IMG/VR virus record: IMGVR_UViG_3300032007_000003
Location: 32,001 to 96,000 of that record
Length of the DNA stretch: 64,000 bases
Direction: 5' to 3' (one strand)
Origin: a virus
Taxonomy: Duplodnaviria; Heunggongvirae; Uroviricota; Caudoviricetes
A program made the position numbers and the translations under genes. Positions 18,620 through 29,729 of the stretch are shown here, one piece after another; the stretch's first letter is position 1; each line of letters begins with the position of its first letter. The notes under the pieces are model-generated. The model saw nothing but the letters and a program-made list of their open reading frames with translations. It made no database searches and was not told where the DNA came from.

Positions 18620-20068
18620 ATGAGCAAAAATATTAGAAGCAAAGTAGTTAGAGAATCTTTATTGGATTACAACACACTCGCAAATTCTTTGAAGGAAAAT
18701 ACTGAGAGTGCAGTTAAAGCTCTTTTGGGCGAGGCTGTACGTGATACATATGCCAAGTTATTGTCTGAAGACGATGACAAGGACTACGAAGAGGGTGAAG
18801 TGGAAGATACTAGTTCTGATATTGCAAACGATGCAGAATCTAGCGATGTTGTTGACGATGGTCAAGCAGACGCAGACGCTGGTATGGACGCTGAAGGTGG
18901 CGATGTAGAAGGTGGAGAACTTGAGGGTGGTGAAGAGCCAATCGAGGGTGACCCAGTGGATGACGGAGCTGTTGAAGGCGAAGGAGGCGATGAATGGGCA
19001 GAGTTTGATAAATATAAGGTATCAGACGATGAGTATGACTTTACAAATGCGGAAGACGAGGAAATCGTAAAGGTTTACAAATTAATGAAGAATGATGACC
19101 AAATCCTTGTACATAAAGATGACAATGGAAATGTGAACATTCAAGACAATGAAACTGGAGCTGAGTACCTAATCAATCTTGGTGATAATGATGATTCATT
19201 TGATTCAAGTGACGATGAAGTAATTACTGATGACAGTGCAGAAGATGATTTTGAAAATAACATGGATGATATGAATGAATCAACAGAGAGAATGTTTGAA
19301 CTTGTACTAGAGTATGATTCAAACGTAGGCTACACTGACAATTATCAGAAGAAGGATGTAATGACAAATCCAGGTATGTCAGAGCCAGGTAAAAATGTAA
19401 ACGATTGGGATGCAGGTGTACCAAAGGGCGATTCAAAGCCTTGGTCTGGATACCCAGGTAAGAAAAATAAGGCAGATAAACCATTCAACGCTGGTAAAGG
19501 TAAAGAACTCGAAGAGGAAGAGAACCTTGAGGAATCAGCAGCAGAGTGCGGTGGAAGAATGGGTGCTCATGGTAGAATGATGGGAACGAAATCTCATAAC
19601 CCTATTAAGGCAAAGAAGAATTCTCCAATGAACCAACATCACGTTTCAACTGCTGGTGAGTACGATGGCAATCCAACCAATGAGAGCTTCATTAAGAGAG
19701 CGAATGCAGTTCTTGAGGAAAACAAGGAGCTTAAATCTACCTTGACTGACCTTATGGAGCAGTTGAAGAAGGTATCTGTAACAAACCACAATCTTGCACA
19801 GATTATTAAGTTGGTTTCTGAGAACACAACCTCTAAAGATGAGAAGAAGGAGATTATCAACAGATTCAAGAATGAGGGTAAGACCATCGAAGCTTCTCAA
19901 GCACTTTATGAGTCAATCAGTCGTGAGTTGCAGAAGACCAACAAAATGAACATCACTGAAGAGAAGAGTCTTACAGTTGAGGGTTCACAGAAAATCAATG
20001 AGACACCTATTTATAAGTCACAAGATTTGTTAGATTCTCTTGATTTAATGCATAGAATGATGAAATAA
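18620..20068 (+). CDS. prohead scaffold/core protein (gp22-like)
   Basis: acidic protein with a C-terminal coiled coil, directly upstream of the major capsid gene. Confidence 0.75.
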   Translation: MSKNIRSKVVRESLLDYNTLANSLKENTESAVKALLGEAVRDTYAKLLSEDDDKDYEEGEVEDTSSDIANDAESSDVVDDGQADADAGMDAEGGDVEGGELEGGEEPIEGDPVDDGAVEGEGGDEWAEFDKYKVSDDEYDFTNAEDEEIVKVYKLMKNDDQILVHKDDNGNVNIQDNETGAEYLINLGDNDDSFDSSDDEVITDDSAEDDFENNMDDMNESTERMFELVLEYDSNVGYTDNYQKKDVMTNPGMSEPGKNVNDWDAGVPKGDSKPWSGYPGKKNKADKPFNAGKGKELEEEENLEESAAECGGRMGAHGRMMGTKSHNPIKAKKNSPMNQHHVSTAGEYDGNPTNESFIKRANAVLEENKELKSTLTDLMEQLKKVSVTNHNLAQIIKLVSENTTSKDEKKEIINRFKNEGKTIEASQALYESISRELQKTNKMNITEEKSLTVEGSQKINETPIYKSQDLLDSLDLMHRMMK

Positions 20069-20140
20069 TTAAATTTTTCAAATTTCGTGTATATTTATTA
20101 GAAAAAAAATAACTAAGTAAAATAAACTTCATTTATCTAT

Positions 20141-22174
20141 ATGAAAGAATTTTTATCAGCTGGTGTAGTTGGAAATATTGAGTACAACGCACAAAAACAG
20201 ATACGTGAGAGCATTCAGAACCGTTGGGACAATCTTGGTTTCACCGAGGGTCTTCCAGAGGGTATCAAGGAGAATGTTGCTACATTGTATGAGAATGAGG
20301 CAAAGCACTTGATTTATGAGGCTACTGCTTCTGATAACAGTGGTTCTTTTGAAACCGTTGTTTTCCCAATTATTAGACGTGTATTCAGCAAGCTTCTTGC
20401 TAATGACATCGTATCAGTACAGGCTATGAACCTTCCAGTAGGTAAGTTGTTCTTCATTCTTCCTGTAACTTCAGAGAGAGAGTGGGAACTCCCAGCAGAT
20501 GCAACTGGTGCAACTCCTGGTGATATTATCGATGGAACAACTGGTCGTCATAAGGGTCTTATGGGTTATGACCGTGTAAACCGTAATAAGGAAGGTCGTG
20601 TAGAGCCAAGATATTATCTCCCAGATGAGACAATTAATGAACTTCAGAATGCATGGTATATTCCAGTTCTTAGTGACGAGGATACCTATGACACATTCGA
20701 GGCAGCAAAAGAAGCAGCAGAGGCAGCTGGTCTTAATCCAACAGCTATCCGTAAGGTAGGTCCTGAGGTAACTCAGTACTTCCAGAAGTCACTTTACGAT
20801 TTGTTCTACAATGACTTCTTGTATGACAACTCTAAGGGTAAGGTTACTATCAAGGTTGGTGAGGCAATCCCAGTATTCTTGACCCCTGGTGGTGTTCGCC
20901 CATTCGGTGCTGACAATCTTAATCAGTACTTCAAGAGTGGTTTCGATGGTACTATCCGTAACGTCATCCTTGAGATTGATGGTTTCTCTTCATTCAACGC
21001 TTCTAAGTTGACTGGTCCTGACGGAAACGAAATGGACACTGAAGGATTCCTTGCTTCTCTTAAGGTTATCACTCAGAAGGAATTTGCAGCAGCTAATGTT
21101 CCTGGTTCAGAGAGCGTAATGACTGCATCTTTCAGAAAGTTTGAGTCTGTTCCATTCAGAGTTGTTACTCAGAAGTATGGTAAGGGTATTGTAGAGTACG
21201 GTGCAGCTTGCGATGCAGAGGGTAAGATGTATATTGAACTTGACTTGGCTAAACCAGTAGTTCAGCAAGCAGGTACAATCGATGGTTATGTTGGTGTTGA
21301 CGCAGCAGCTCTTGATGCAGCTATCGTTAAGAGTGGTAGCACTATCGATTATGAGGCAACTAAGGAGAACATGAAGGCTTTGTTCAAGATTGCTTGGGCA
21401 CAGTATGATTCTCTTGAGCTTGAGACCGAAATCGGTGAGGTTAGCTTCAAGCTTGATTCAGTAACCGTATCAGTTGAGGAGAGAAAGCTTCGTGCAACAT
21501 GGTCTCCAGAGTTGGCACAAGACGTTTCTGCATTCCACAACATTGACGCAGAGGCTGAGTTGACAGCTATCCTTTCAGAGCAGATTGCAGCAGAAATTGA
21601 CCGTGAGATTCTTCGTGACTTGCGTAAGGGTGCTCCTTGGCAAGCTCGTTGGGATGTTAATGGTTGGAGACGTATGGCTGCATTCTCAACCAACTATACT
21701 CAGAAGGATTGGAATCAGGAGTTGATGACTAAGATTAACCAGATTTCTGCACAGATTCACAAGTCTACACTTCGTGGTGGTGCTAACTTCATTGTAGTAT
21801 CTTCAGAGATTAGTGCGTTGTTCGATAACCTTGAGTACTTCCACGTTTCTGACGCTAGCGCAGAGAGCGACCAGTACAACATGGGTATCGAGAAGATTGG
21901 TGCTCTTGGTGGACGTTACACCGTTTACCGTGACCCATATTCTCCACACTGGTCAATGATTATTGGTCATAAGGGTAAGTCACTTCTTGACACAGGTTAC
22001 ATCTATGCACCATATGTGCCAATGCAGTTGACCCCGACAATGTATAATCCATTCAACTTTGCACCTGTTAAGGGTATTATGACGAGATATGCAAAGAAGA
22101 TGGTAAATAATCGTTACTACGGACATGTTCGTGTAGATGGTCTTGTACATTGGAGCATTAATGAATTCAGATAA
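20141..22174 (+). CDS. major capsid protein (T4 gp23-like)
   Basis: VSVQAMNLPVGKLFF, RKLRATWSPELAQD, AEIDREIL, YAPYVPM, PVKGIMTRYA. Confidence 0.97.
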   Translation: MKEFLSAGVVGNIEYNAQKQIRESIQNRWDNLGFTEGLPEGIKENVATLYENEAKHLIYEATASDNSGSFETVVFPIIRRVFSKLLANDIVSVQAMNLPVGKLFFILPVTSEREWELPADATGATPGDIIDGTTGRHKGLMGYDRVNRNKEGRVEPRYYLPDETINELQNAWYIPVLSDEDTYDTFEAAKEAAEAAGLNPTAIRKVGPEVTQYFQKSLYDLFYNDFLYDNSKGKVTIKVGEAIPVFLTPGGVRPFGADNLNQYFKSGFDGTIRNVILEIDGFSSFNASKLTGPDGNEMDTEGFLASLKVITQKEFAAANVPGSESVMTASFRKFESVPFRVVTQKYGKGIVEYGAACDAEGKMYIELDLAKPVVQQAGTIDGYVGVDAAALDAAIVKSGSTIDYEATKENMKALFKIAWAQYDSLELETEIGEVSFKLDSVTVSVEERKLRATWSPELAQDVSAFHNIDAEAELTAILSEQIAAEIDREILRDLRKGAPWQARWDVNGWRRMAAFSTNYTQKDWNQELMTKINQISAQIHKSTLRGGANFIVVSSEISALFDNLEYFHVSDASAESDQYNMGIEKIGALGGRYTVYRDPYSPHWSMIIGHKGKSLLDTGYIYAPYVPMQLTPTMYNPFNFAPVKGIMTRYAKKMVNNRYYGHVRVDGLVHWSINEFR

Positions 22175-22201
22175 TAACTGATTGAAAATCAATACTTTAT
22201 A

Positions 22202-22235
22202 AAAGTTGCCAAGTAAGTTACTTGGCAACTTTTTT
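22202..22235 (+). terminator. strong rho-independent terminator after the capsid gene
   Basis: aaagttgccaagta-agt-tacttggcaacttt perfect stem. Confidence 0.85.
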
Positions 22236-22445
22236 ATTTTATATGCTAAAATTGTATTGGGAAAGTTATCTTTTTTTATTACATCAAAATATTTATTGTA
22301 TGGAAAAAGTTATTATATTTTATAATGAAAGTATAATAAAAAATACTAGTAATTTTATTAAAAATACCACTTGCATAGAAAAAGTTATCAAAAAAATTGC
22401 TTTTTAGAAATAATTTATATATCTTTGCATAAATTAATAATGTGT

Positions 22446-23267
22446 ATGAAACCAATGAATTATTGGAATAACAAGGAGAATTGTCTAAATGAAGCTAAGA
22501 AATACAGAACAGCCTATGAACTACAACGTGCTAATTGTGGCTGTTATGCTGGTCTTAGACGTAATGGGTGGGTATATGAAGCATATCCTACCAAGGATGG
22601 AATTAAACAAATGAACTACTGGAAGAATAAGGACAAGGTAATAGAAGCAGCTAGACAGTGTTCTACCAAGATGGAGTTCAAGAGAAGGTTCGGTGGTGCA
22701 TTCAATGCTGCAATCAGATATGGCTGGGAAGATGAGGCTTTCAGTGGGTTTACGAAAACAATAAAATATGCTGACCTAGATGCAAAAATACATTGTGTTT
22801 ATGTATATGAGATTATTGAGTTGAAAACTTGTTATGTTGGTAGAACATCAGACTTACATAAAAGAGATTTGTCTCATAAACGTGGTAGAAGGCACAAGGA
22901 CGGGTCTATAACATATGATTCGTTGTATATGTTCTGTGCTAGCAACAACATACAGATACCAGAGCCTTCTGTGAAAGACAAAGAGCTATCTGGTGAGGAG
23001 AGTCTGATTAGAGAAGATTATTGGGTTAATTCATATAGAGAGAATGGGTGGAATGTGATTAATAAGGCAAAGACTGGGAGGCTAAGTGGTTCTCTTGGTG
23101 CTATTAAAAAGTGGAATTATGAGACTTGTAAAGAGTTCTGCAAGAGTTACACATATAAAAGTGAAGTAAAAAGTGCGAATTACAGTTGTTATTATACTTG
23201 TTTAAAGAATGGTTGGTTTGAAGAATTTGGAATAAAAAATAAATATAACTATGGGAAGAATAGGTAA
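22446..23267 (+). CDS. GIY-YIG-like homing endonuclease with repeated helical DNA-binding units
   Basis: CVYVYE...YVGRT; MNYWxNK repeats; E..WV..Y..NGW.VIN. Confidence 0.7.
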   Translation: MKPMNYWNNKENCLNEAKKYRTAYELQRANCGCYAGLRRNGWVYEAYPTKDGIKQMNYWKNKDKVIEAARQCSTKMEFKRRFGGAFNAAIRYGWEDEAFSGFTKTIKYADLDAKIHCVYVYEIIELKTCYVGRTSDLHKRDLSHKRGRRHKDGSITYDSLYMFCASNNIQIPEPSVKDKELSGEESLIREDYWVNSYRENGWNVINKAKTGRLSGSLGAIKKWNYETCKEFCKSYTYKSEVKSANYSCYYTCLKNGWFEEFGIKNKYNYGKNR

Positions 23268-24462
23268 GGTTATTGATGCCGAAGAGCTGCGTAAGGCATA
23301 TGAGGAGATTGGCAACATAAAGGAGCTTGCAAAGAAGTTCCACACATCAAACAACAGGATGATAAAGCTTCTTGCAGATAATGGAATTGAGACTAAGAAG
23401 GTTGGTAACAAGATAGAAGTATCAAAAAATGAAATTAAATCAATTGTCAATGATTACGAGAAATATAATTTGACGATGAAGGAGATATGTGAAAAGTATA
23501 ATCTCAAGGTTGATAAGGTTAGAGAAATTCTATCTGGTAATGGGGTTGTTGCACATAGGTGGCACGGACACACAAAGAGTTCCAATGCTAGTAAAATAGG
23601 CATAATAAAGAAAATAACAAGCATCCTTGAAGATAATGAAATTGGTTTTGAAATGAATTCTAAAATATCAAAGAACTTAACTGTAGGCTTGGTCGCAAAT
23701 GGTGTATGTGTTGATGTTTACAAAAACAAATACCTTGTTGAATCAATAAATGAAAATAACAAGACCCTTCTATTGAAACGTAATGAGATGTGTCTTAAAT
23801 ATGGCTACAAGTACATACAGATATTAGAAGATGAATACAAGGATAATCCAAGTATTGTCATATCTAAGGTAACACATATTCTTGGATTAGATGACCCAAT
23901 AAGAAAAATACCAGCAAGGAAATGTACAGTTCAAGAGATTTTTAAGGAAGATGCAGAACGTTTCCTTAATGAAAATCACATACAAGGGTTTGTTAGTTCA
24001 ACTGTGTACCTTGGGGCTGTTTTTGAGGGCGAAATAATAGGCGTAATGGCATTTTTGAATGAGAACAAGGGTAACTGGAATCTTACAAGATTTGCTTCAT
24101 TGAATGGATATATATGCCAAGGTCTTGCAAGCAAGATGTTAAAACATTTCACTAGGAATTATAACCCAGAGTATATACGTTCATTTGCAGATAGGAGGTG
24201 GACTCTTGATAAGGACAACAATGTATACACAAAAATTGGATTTGCATTAGATGAAATTCTAAAGCCAGAATATAGATATTATAATCCACAAGTTGATAAA
24301 TACAAGAGATTTCATAAGTTCGGGTTTAGAAAAGCAACTCTACATAAAAAATATGGGTTTCCAATGACAATGACAGAGCTAGAAATGACAAAGGAACTTG
24401 GGTATGATAGAATTTGGGATTGTGGATTATTTAAATATGTATGGAGAAAGTCTTTAAAATAA
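23251..24462 (+). CDS. Hef-like homing endonuclease-family protein
   Basis: ARKCTV...FLNENHIQG...LTRFAS...SFADRRW...RIWDCG. Confidence 0.75.
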   Translation: MGRIGKVIDAEELRKAYEEIGNIKELAKKFHTSNNRMIKLLADNGIETKKVGNKIEVSKNEIKSIVNDYEKYNLTMKEICEKYNLKVDKVREILSGNGVVAHRWHGHTKSSNASKIGIIKKITSILEDNEIGFEMNSKISKNLTVGLVANGVCVDVYKNKYLVESINENNKTLLLKRNEMCLKYGYKYIQILEDEYKDNPSIVISKVTHILGLDDPIRKIPARKCTVQEIFKEDAERFLNENHIQGFVSSTVYLGAVFEGEIIGVMAFLNENKGNWNLTRFASLNGYICQGLASKMLKHFTRNYNPEYIRSFADRRWTLDKDNNVYTKIGFALDEILKPEYRYYNPQVDKYKRFHKFGFRKATLHKKYGFPMTMTELEMTKELGYDRIWDCGLFKYVWRKSLK

Positions 24463-24536
24463 AAGTGAAGTTTTTAATATTTATATATAAGTTTTATATG
24501 ATTTTTTACTAATAACTATTTTTAATTTTATATTTT

Positions 24537-24848
24537 ATGAAGTACAATTTTATTAATAATTCAGAATTTAAGGACAACATTTTATTAATTCCATTCACAG
24601 AGAATGTTTTAAAAAGAAGTAATATCAAGACTGAAACAATAACAATAGATGATTGGGATTTGGATAGAATCTATCTGACGATAGATGGGAAAGAATATAC
24701 TATTAGGATGTGGAATATATGGGAAACGGAAAAAATGGTAAACTTTGAGTGGAGTCTCATTACTTGGTTAAATGGTGAATCTAGTGGAACTACATTAACA
24801 AGAGGTTACTCAAGATTTAGAAAATCTGATTATAAAGATAAACAATAA
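24537..24848 (+). CDS. hypothetical protein
   Basis: 103-aa ORF followed by a hairpin. Confidence 0.6.
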   Translation: MKYNFINNSEFKDNILLIPFTENVLKRSNIKTETITIDDWDLDRIYLTIDGKEYTIRMWNIWETEKMVNFEWSLITWLNGESSGTTLTRGYSRFRKSDYKDKQ

Positions 24849-24875
24849 CTACAAGCAATAAACAATTAAATATCA

Positions 24876-24904
24876 AGCAGTCAAGTTTTTTGACTGCTTT
24901 TTTT
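24876..24904 (+). terminator. rho-independent terminator
   Basis: aagcagtcaa-gtttt-ttgactgctt followed by a T run. Confidence 0.75.
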
Positions 24905-24984
24905 ATGCCATAATGAATTAATGAAAGTGAGTAAATATTTATATAAAAGAAAATAACTAATAAAATTAAAATATTTCAAGAATT

Positions 24985-27900
24985 ATGGCAGATAATGCAA
25001 GAGGAATACATGTTTCACCTGGTATCTATACTCGTGAGATAGACATCAACTACGCTGTACGTAGCCTTGGAATCACAACACTTGGTGTTGTTGGTGAGAC
25101 CTTGAAAGGTCCAGCTTTTCAAGCAATGGACATTGCTAACTGGCGTGAGTTCCAAGAGGTGTTTGGTGGAACAAGTACAGAAAAGTTCAAAGGAAGTCAA
25201 TATCCTAAATACGAGTTGCCTTATATAGCTAAGTCTTACTTGAGCGAGTCAGAGCAACTTAAGGTTGTTCGTGTTCTTGGTCTTAGTGGCTATAACGCAG
25301 GTCCTGCTTGGCTTGTTACAGCAACAGATGGCAATAGTGGTAGCACACCAATAGCTGTTGCTGTAATCCGTTCAAGAGGTACTTATAATCCATACGAAAC
25401 TGGTTCTACTACTGCATGTACATGTGAGGAGACAAAATATGACGTTCTTAAGTACTTTGTTGGAGAAAAAGCAACTAGTGGATTAGCTGGAAATATTTGT
25501 GCCAAAAATGGTTATAATATGAAAGCTCTTCAAATTAGACCTTATGTACCAATGGATAGCAATGGAGATGAATGTTCTGGCTATGGTATGGGTGCTGACA
25601 GTGGAGCAACAAATTTTTTGATTTCTCAAACTAATCATGGAAGATTCAAACTTGTTGGCGTTGTTGGTGTATATAATGCTAGCGGAGACACTGGTACAGA
25701 TGAAATTATAAAAGCTGGAGAAGGAAAGTCTAGTAATACAGCCCACACACGTTCTTGGGCAGAATCGATGGGTTACTTTGAGTATCCTGTAACTCTTAAT
25801 CCATATGATAAGGAGTATATTCTCAACGTTCTTGGTTCAAAACCTTACGATGGTGATGCTCCAATCTTTGTTGAATCTCTTTATGACGTTGCTCTTGACC
25901 AAGCAATCATTGAGGGTAGTGTGAACAAAATTAGTAGCGCACTAACCGAGTATGATGCTTTTTATACAGCAGATTATTGTCATCATGAACCAGTATCTAG
26001 CTTGATGGTGAAGGCTCCAGAAACTCTTAGAAGAAAGGATGTTGGTGTAAGAGTTTTGGCAGATGGTGAAGCAATTAAACTTGGAATGTATGCAACACCT
26101 TATGACTATAATACAAATAAGCCTTATACAGTAAAGACAATTCCAAGTGGTTATACAATTGTTAATGTAATGCCAGAAGCTATTGCTGCTGGAACCGATG
26201 AACAGAAAGCTACTTGGTCAGCAAACACATTAGCACAAGTTGCAGTACTTGCAGGACAAATTTACACTGTAAGACAATATACAAATGCTGATGGTAAGAG
26301 AGATTACCATTATGGATATTATGACAAAGCAAGTGTATCAGCATTTACTACTTCATATGCCACTGCTACCCCTATCAAAAAGGTTGACCCAACAAATCTT
26401 TATGGAAACCTTAAGGGTGGAGGTACAAAGGGTATGGAAAGCGATAGTAATCTTGCTACTATGGATTGCGACAGCAGATTCGCTACTCTAGTGCTTAACA
26501 CTTATGATGGTCTTTACTATAAGATGGTAGGTGATGAGGTTAAGTATGTACAACTTGATATGAATGATTATAAGTCAGCATACAGATATGCTTCAACTCC
26601 TTGGATTGTATCTAACTTGAAGGGTGACTATAATCACGTTGAACTTAACAAGTTGTTCAGATTCCATACAATCACAGATGGAAACAACGCTAACTACGAG
26701 GTTAAGATTTCTATCGAGAATATCAGACCAGATGATGGTGTATTCGATGTAGTAGTACGTAGAATTGACGATGCTGATGAGTCAATCGTTCCACTTGAGA
26801 GATTCAGTAAATGTTCTATGATTCCAGGTGATAGCAACTATATCGCTTACAAGATTGGTTCATTCGATGGAGTATATGAGTCTAAGTCTAAGTACATTAC
26901 TGTTGAGGTAAATGAGACAACTGCTGCTAAGATGTCTGTTCCAGCAGGTTTCTTGGGATATCCAATCCCTCAGTACAGTGGTATCACAATTACTGGAAGC
27001 GGTTCATCTGTTAACTTCCCAATATTGAAGTATAATAGATTCTTTGACCCAGATATCAAGAATAGAAAACAGTACTTTGGTCTTTCTTCTTGGGTAGGTG
27101 TTGATATTGACAACTTCACATTCAAGGGTAATAAGGCATATATTGATAATCCAGCATTCTTAACTAGAGGTTTCCATCTTGATTCAAGACTTGATGCTGA
27201 TAATGGAGGTATTTCAGCATACACAGTTGATGGAGAAAGTGGGTATAAGTTCGATTGCGTTTCTACAAACTCTAGAACATCTACATTGTCTGAGCCACCA
27301 ATTATCGGTACTGAAGATGATATGTATGGTTCAATCTACGAGTATGTAAATCTTCGTAAGTTCACTGTATTCTTCTACGGAGGATTCGATGGATGGGATG
27401 ATTACAGAGACCAGAGAACCAATACTGACGGTTACAAGATGTCTCAGTACAGAGGATTCATCAATCAAGGTAGCGGTGAGGGTTACGCATTCAATAGAAT
27501 CAAGAATCCAGACCTTCTACAATTGAATCAGAACGGTATTACCTCTGACTGGTATGCTTACTTAAGTGGTATCAGACAGTTCTCTAATCCAGAGGCTACA
27601 GATATTAATGTATTCGCTACTCCAGGTATCGACTATGTAAACAATAGACTTCTTGTTGAGGAAGCAATTGAAATGGTTGAGGAGGAGAGAGCAGATTCAA
27701 TTTATGTTGTAACAACTCCAGATAAACCAAGTGGCGCAGGTGACTACGTTGATGAAATGTTTACACCAGAAGAGGCTGTAGATAATCTTGAGGATGCTGA
27801 AATTGATTCTAACTATACTTGTACATATTATCCTTGGGTTAAGTATCTTGACCAAGATAACAATCAGTATATTTATCTTCCAGCAACAAAGGATGCAGTT

Positions 27901-28428
27901 AGAAACTTTGCACAGACTGATAACACAGCTTATCCTTGGTTTGCACCAGCAGGCGTTGGACGTGGTAACGTTGACTGTGTAAGAGCACACTTCATCACTA
28001 AGCTTGGAGACGAGGATGTTCTTTACGAGGGCAGAATCAACCCAATTAAGACATTTGCTCAAGACGGTCCAAAGATTTGGGGTCAGAAGAACTTGCAGAT
28101 TAATGAGTCTCAACTCAATAGAATCGCAGTTCGTAGATTGCTTCTTAGAATGAGAAAGTTGATTGCAATCTCTTGTATCGGTCTTATCTTCGAGCCAAAC
28201 GATGCTACTGTTAAACAGTCATTCTTGTCAACAGTTACTCCAATCATGGATAGCATCAGAAGCAACAGAGGTATCTCTGACTACAGAATCGAGATTAATG
28301 ATACAATCGAGTCAAGGGAGAGAAGAGAGCTTCCAGTGAAGATTTACTTCAAGCCTTACAATGCATTAGAGTACATTACAATCGACTTCATCATCACACC
28401 AGAAGGAGTGAATTTTGAGGACATTTAA
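24985..28428 (+). CDS. tail sheath protein
   Basis: SPGIYTREID N-terminus, WFAPAG.RG, INPI, WGQKNL, RIAVRRLL, EYITIDF. Confidence 0.95.
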   Translation: MADNARGIHVSPGIYTREIDINYAVRSLGITTLGVVGETLKGPAFQAMDIANWREFQEVFGGTSTEKFKGSQYPKYELPYIAKSYLSESEQLKVVRVLGLSGYNAGPAWLVTATDGNSGSTPIAVAVIRSRGTYNPYETGSTTACTCEETKYDVLKYFVGEKATSGLAGNICAKNGYNMKALQIRPYVPMDSNGDECSGYGMGADSGATNFLISQTNHGRFKLVGVVGVYNASGDTGTDEIIKAGEGKSSNTAHTRSWAESMGYFEYPVTLNPYDKEYILNVLGSKPYDGDAPIFVESLYDVALDQAIIEGSVNKISSALTEYDAFYTADYCHHEPVSSLMVKAPETLRRKDVGVRVLADGEAIKLGMYATPYDYNTNKPYTVKTIPSGYTIVNVMPEAIAAGTDEQKATWSANTLAQVAVLAGQIYTVRQYTNADGKRDYHYGYYDKASVSAFTTSYATATPIKKVDPTNLYGNLKGGGTKGMESDSNLATMDCDSRFATLVLNTYDGLYYKMVGDEVKYVQLDMNDYKSAYRYASTPWIVSNLKGDYNHVELNKLFRFHTITDGNNANYEVKISIENIRPDDGVFDVVVRRIDDADESIVPLERFSKCSMIPGDSNYIAYKIGSFDGVYESKSKYITVEVNETTAAKMSVPAGFLGYPIPQYSGITITGSGSSVNFPILKYNRFFDPDIKNRKQYFGLSSWVGVDIDNFTFKGNKAYIDNPAFLTRGFHLDSRLDADNGGISAYTVDGESGYKFDCVSTNSRTSTLSEPPIIGTEDDMYGSIYEYVNLRKFTVFFYGGFDGWDDYRDQRTNTDGYKMSQYRGFINQGSGEGYAFNRIKNPDLLQLNQNGITSDWYAYLSGIRQFSNPEATDINVFATPGIDYVNNRLLVEEAIEMVEEERADSIYVVTTPDKPSGAGDYVDEMFTPEEAVDNLEDAEIDSNYTCTYYPWVKYLDQDNNQYIYLPATKDAVRNFAQTDNTAYPWFAPAGVGRGNVDCVRAHFITKLGDEDVLYEGRINPIKTFAQDGPKIWGQKNLQINESQLNRIAVRRLLLRMRKLIAISCIGLIFEPNDATVKQSFLSTVTPIMDSIRSNRGISDYRIEINDTIESRERRELPVKIYFKPYNALEYITIDFIITPEGVNFEDI

Positions 28429-28444
28429 ATAACACTATAACGAA

Positions 28445-28479
28445 AAAAGTGGAGGAATTTAAGTTCCCCCACTTTTTTT
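28445..28479. terminator. bidirectional terminator
   Basis: aaaagtggaggaa...ttccccacttttt between convergent genes. Confidence 0.65.
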
Positions 28480-29131
28480 ATAATCCGTATTCAGAAAGGT
28501 CTATATCGACTTCCTTTGCAGCTTCCCTATCAATGTCCCTCACAACCAAATCTCTCATCTTGGAGAGCATTCTAATAGCTTCTATATTCTCACAGCGAAT
28601 TGCTTGTGTTAAAGCTGAACAATCAATATCGTTAATTGCATTGATGTCAACATCTTTTTTAAGGAGTAGTTCTTTAGCAACCCAATTTAAGCGTTTCCAA
28701 GTGCAACAAACAATAAGAGCAGTATCTTCAGTGAGGTCTTTGGCATTGAAGTCAAATTTTGCAGATTCTAAAGTCATTTTAATCATCTTTTCAAATACCT
28801 CTTTCTCTTGCGGTAATTTACAGATTTCTTCAGAACCATACATATATAATAATGACCCAAGAAGAGTTTCACCAAAGCCATCTTCAACAGCAGAATCGAA
28901 TGTTGGATGATTCACAATCACCTCAAACAAATCGTACATATTGGAATTGATTGCCGAGAAAATAGGAACTCTCTGATTATACTCATAAGACACATCAATA
29001 CCTCTCTCAGAATTAATAAGATTGATTGCGCCTTGTTCATCACCACTATCAATCAGTTTGTGTAATTGAATGCAAGCATCGACATTTTTCTCAACCTTGC
29101 CAATACCTTTTAAACTAAATCCTTTTTTCAT
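28478..29131 (-). CDS. ankyrin-repeat protein
   Basis: D.FGETLL, KDLTEDTALIVCC, VDINAINDIDCSAL repeats. Confidence 0.75.
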   Translation of the reverse strand: MKKGFSLKGIGKVEKNVDACIQLHKLIDSGDEQGAINLINSERGIDVSYEYNQRVPIFSAINSNMYDLFEVIVNHPTFDSAVEDGFGETLLGSLLYMYGSEEICKLPQEKEVFEKMIKMTLESAKFDFNAKDLTEDTALIVCCTWKRLNWVAKELLLKKDVDINAINDIDCSALTQAIRCENIEAIRMLSKMRDLVVRDIDREAAKEVDIDLSEYGL

Positions 29132-29206
29132 ATATAAAAAATGTTTTTGCAAAGGTACGAAAAAAAATTGGATTAACCAAGTAAGTTAACCCAATTTAAC
29201 ATATAT

Positions 29207-29587
29207 TTACCATATTTGGCATAACAACACCCATGTTACAATCACTTGTAGAAGGTGTATTGTTTGGTCAGCCATGAGATTTATATGGAGTTTGTTGCAT
29301 TTTTCATTATCAATCCAATAGTGTATAATGGTGTTGATGATAAATGCACCTAGCAATAGATACGATGAGACTGTAGGCAATAATATCATGCTTGGGATAA
29401 GTATCATTATAGACCAAGACATCGAATGAATTAGCAATGCCATTTTATAGTCATATTTATACAGTGACTTATATTCAAATAATTTTTCCCACCATACCTT
29501 TTGTTTCATCTTTGCCAAGTTACCTTGGAGATAGAAATCATCTACAATATGGGCTAGAATCATAAATAGTAGTAGTTTTATCGTCAT
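29207..29587 (-). CDS. DUF3307-like membrane protein
   Basis: hydrophobic, with HxxDDFYLQ, HYWID and DQxxH. Confidence 0.7.
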   Translation of the reverse strand: MTIKLLLFMILAHIVDDFYLQGNLAKMKQKVWWEKLFEYKSLYKYDYKMALLIHSMSWSIMILIPSMILLPTVSSYLLLGAFIINTIIHYWIDNEKCNKLHINLMADQTIHLLQVIVTWVLLCQIW

Positions 29588-29729
29588 ATGTTATATGCTT
29601 TATAGTGGCAAATATATAGAAAATAATTAAGAATTCCAAAAAAATATGTGAAAAAAACTATGTATTTTATATTTATTAATAAAAATAGGGTAAGAATAAT
29701 AAAATAATCTAGATTAAATATTTGTAAAA

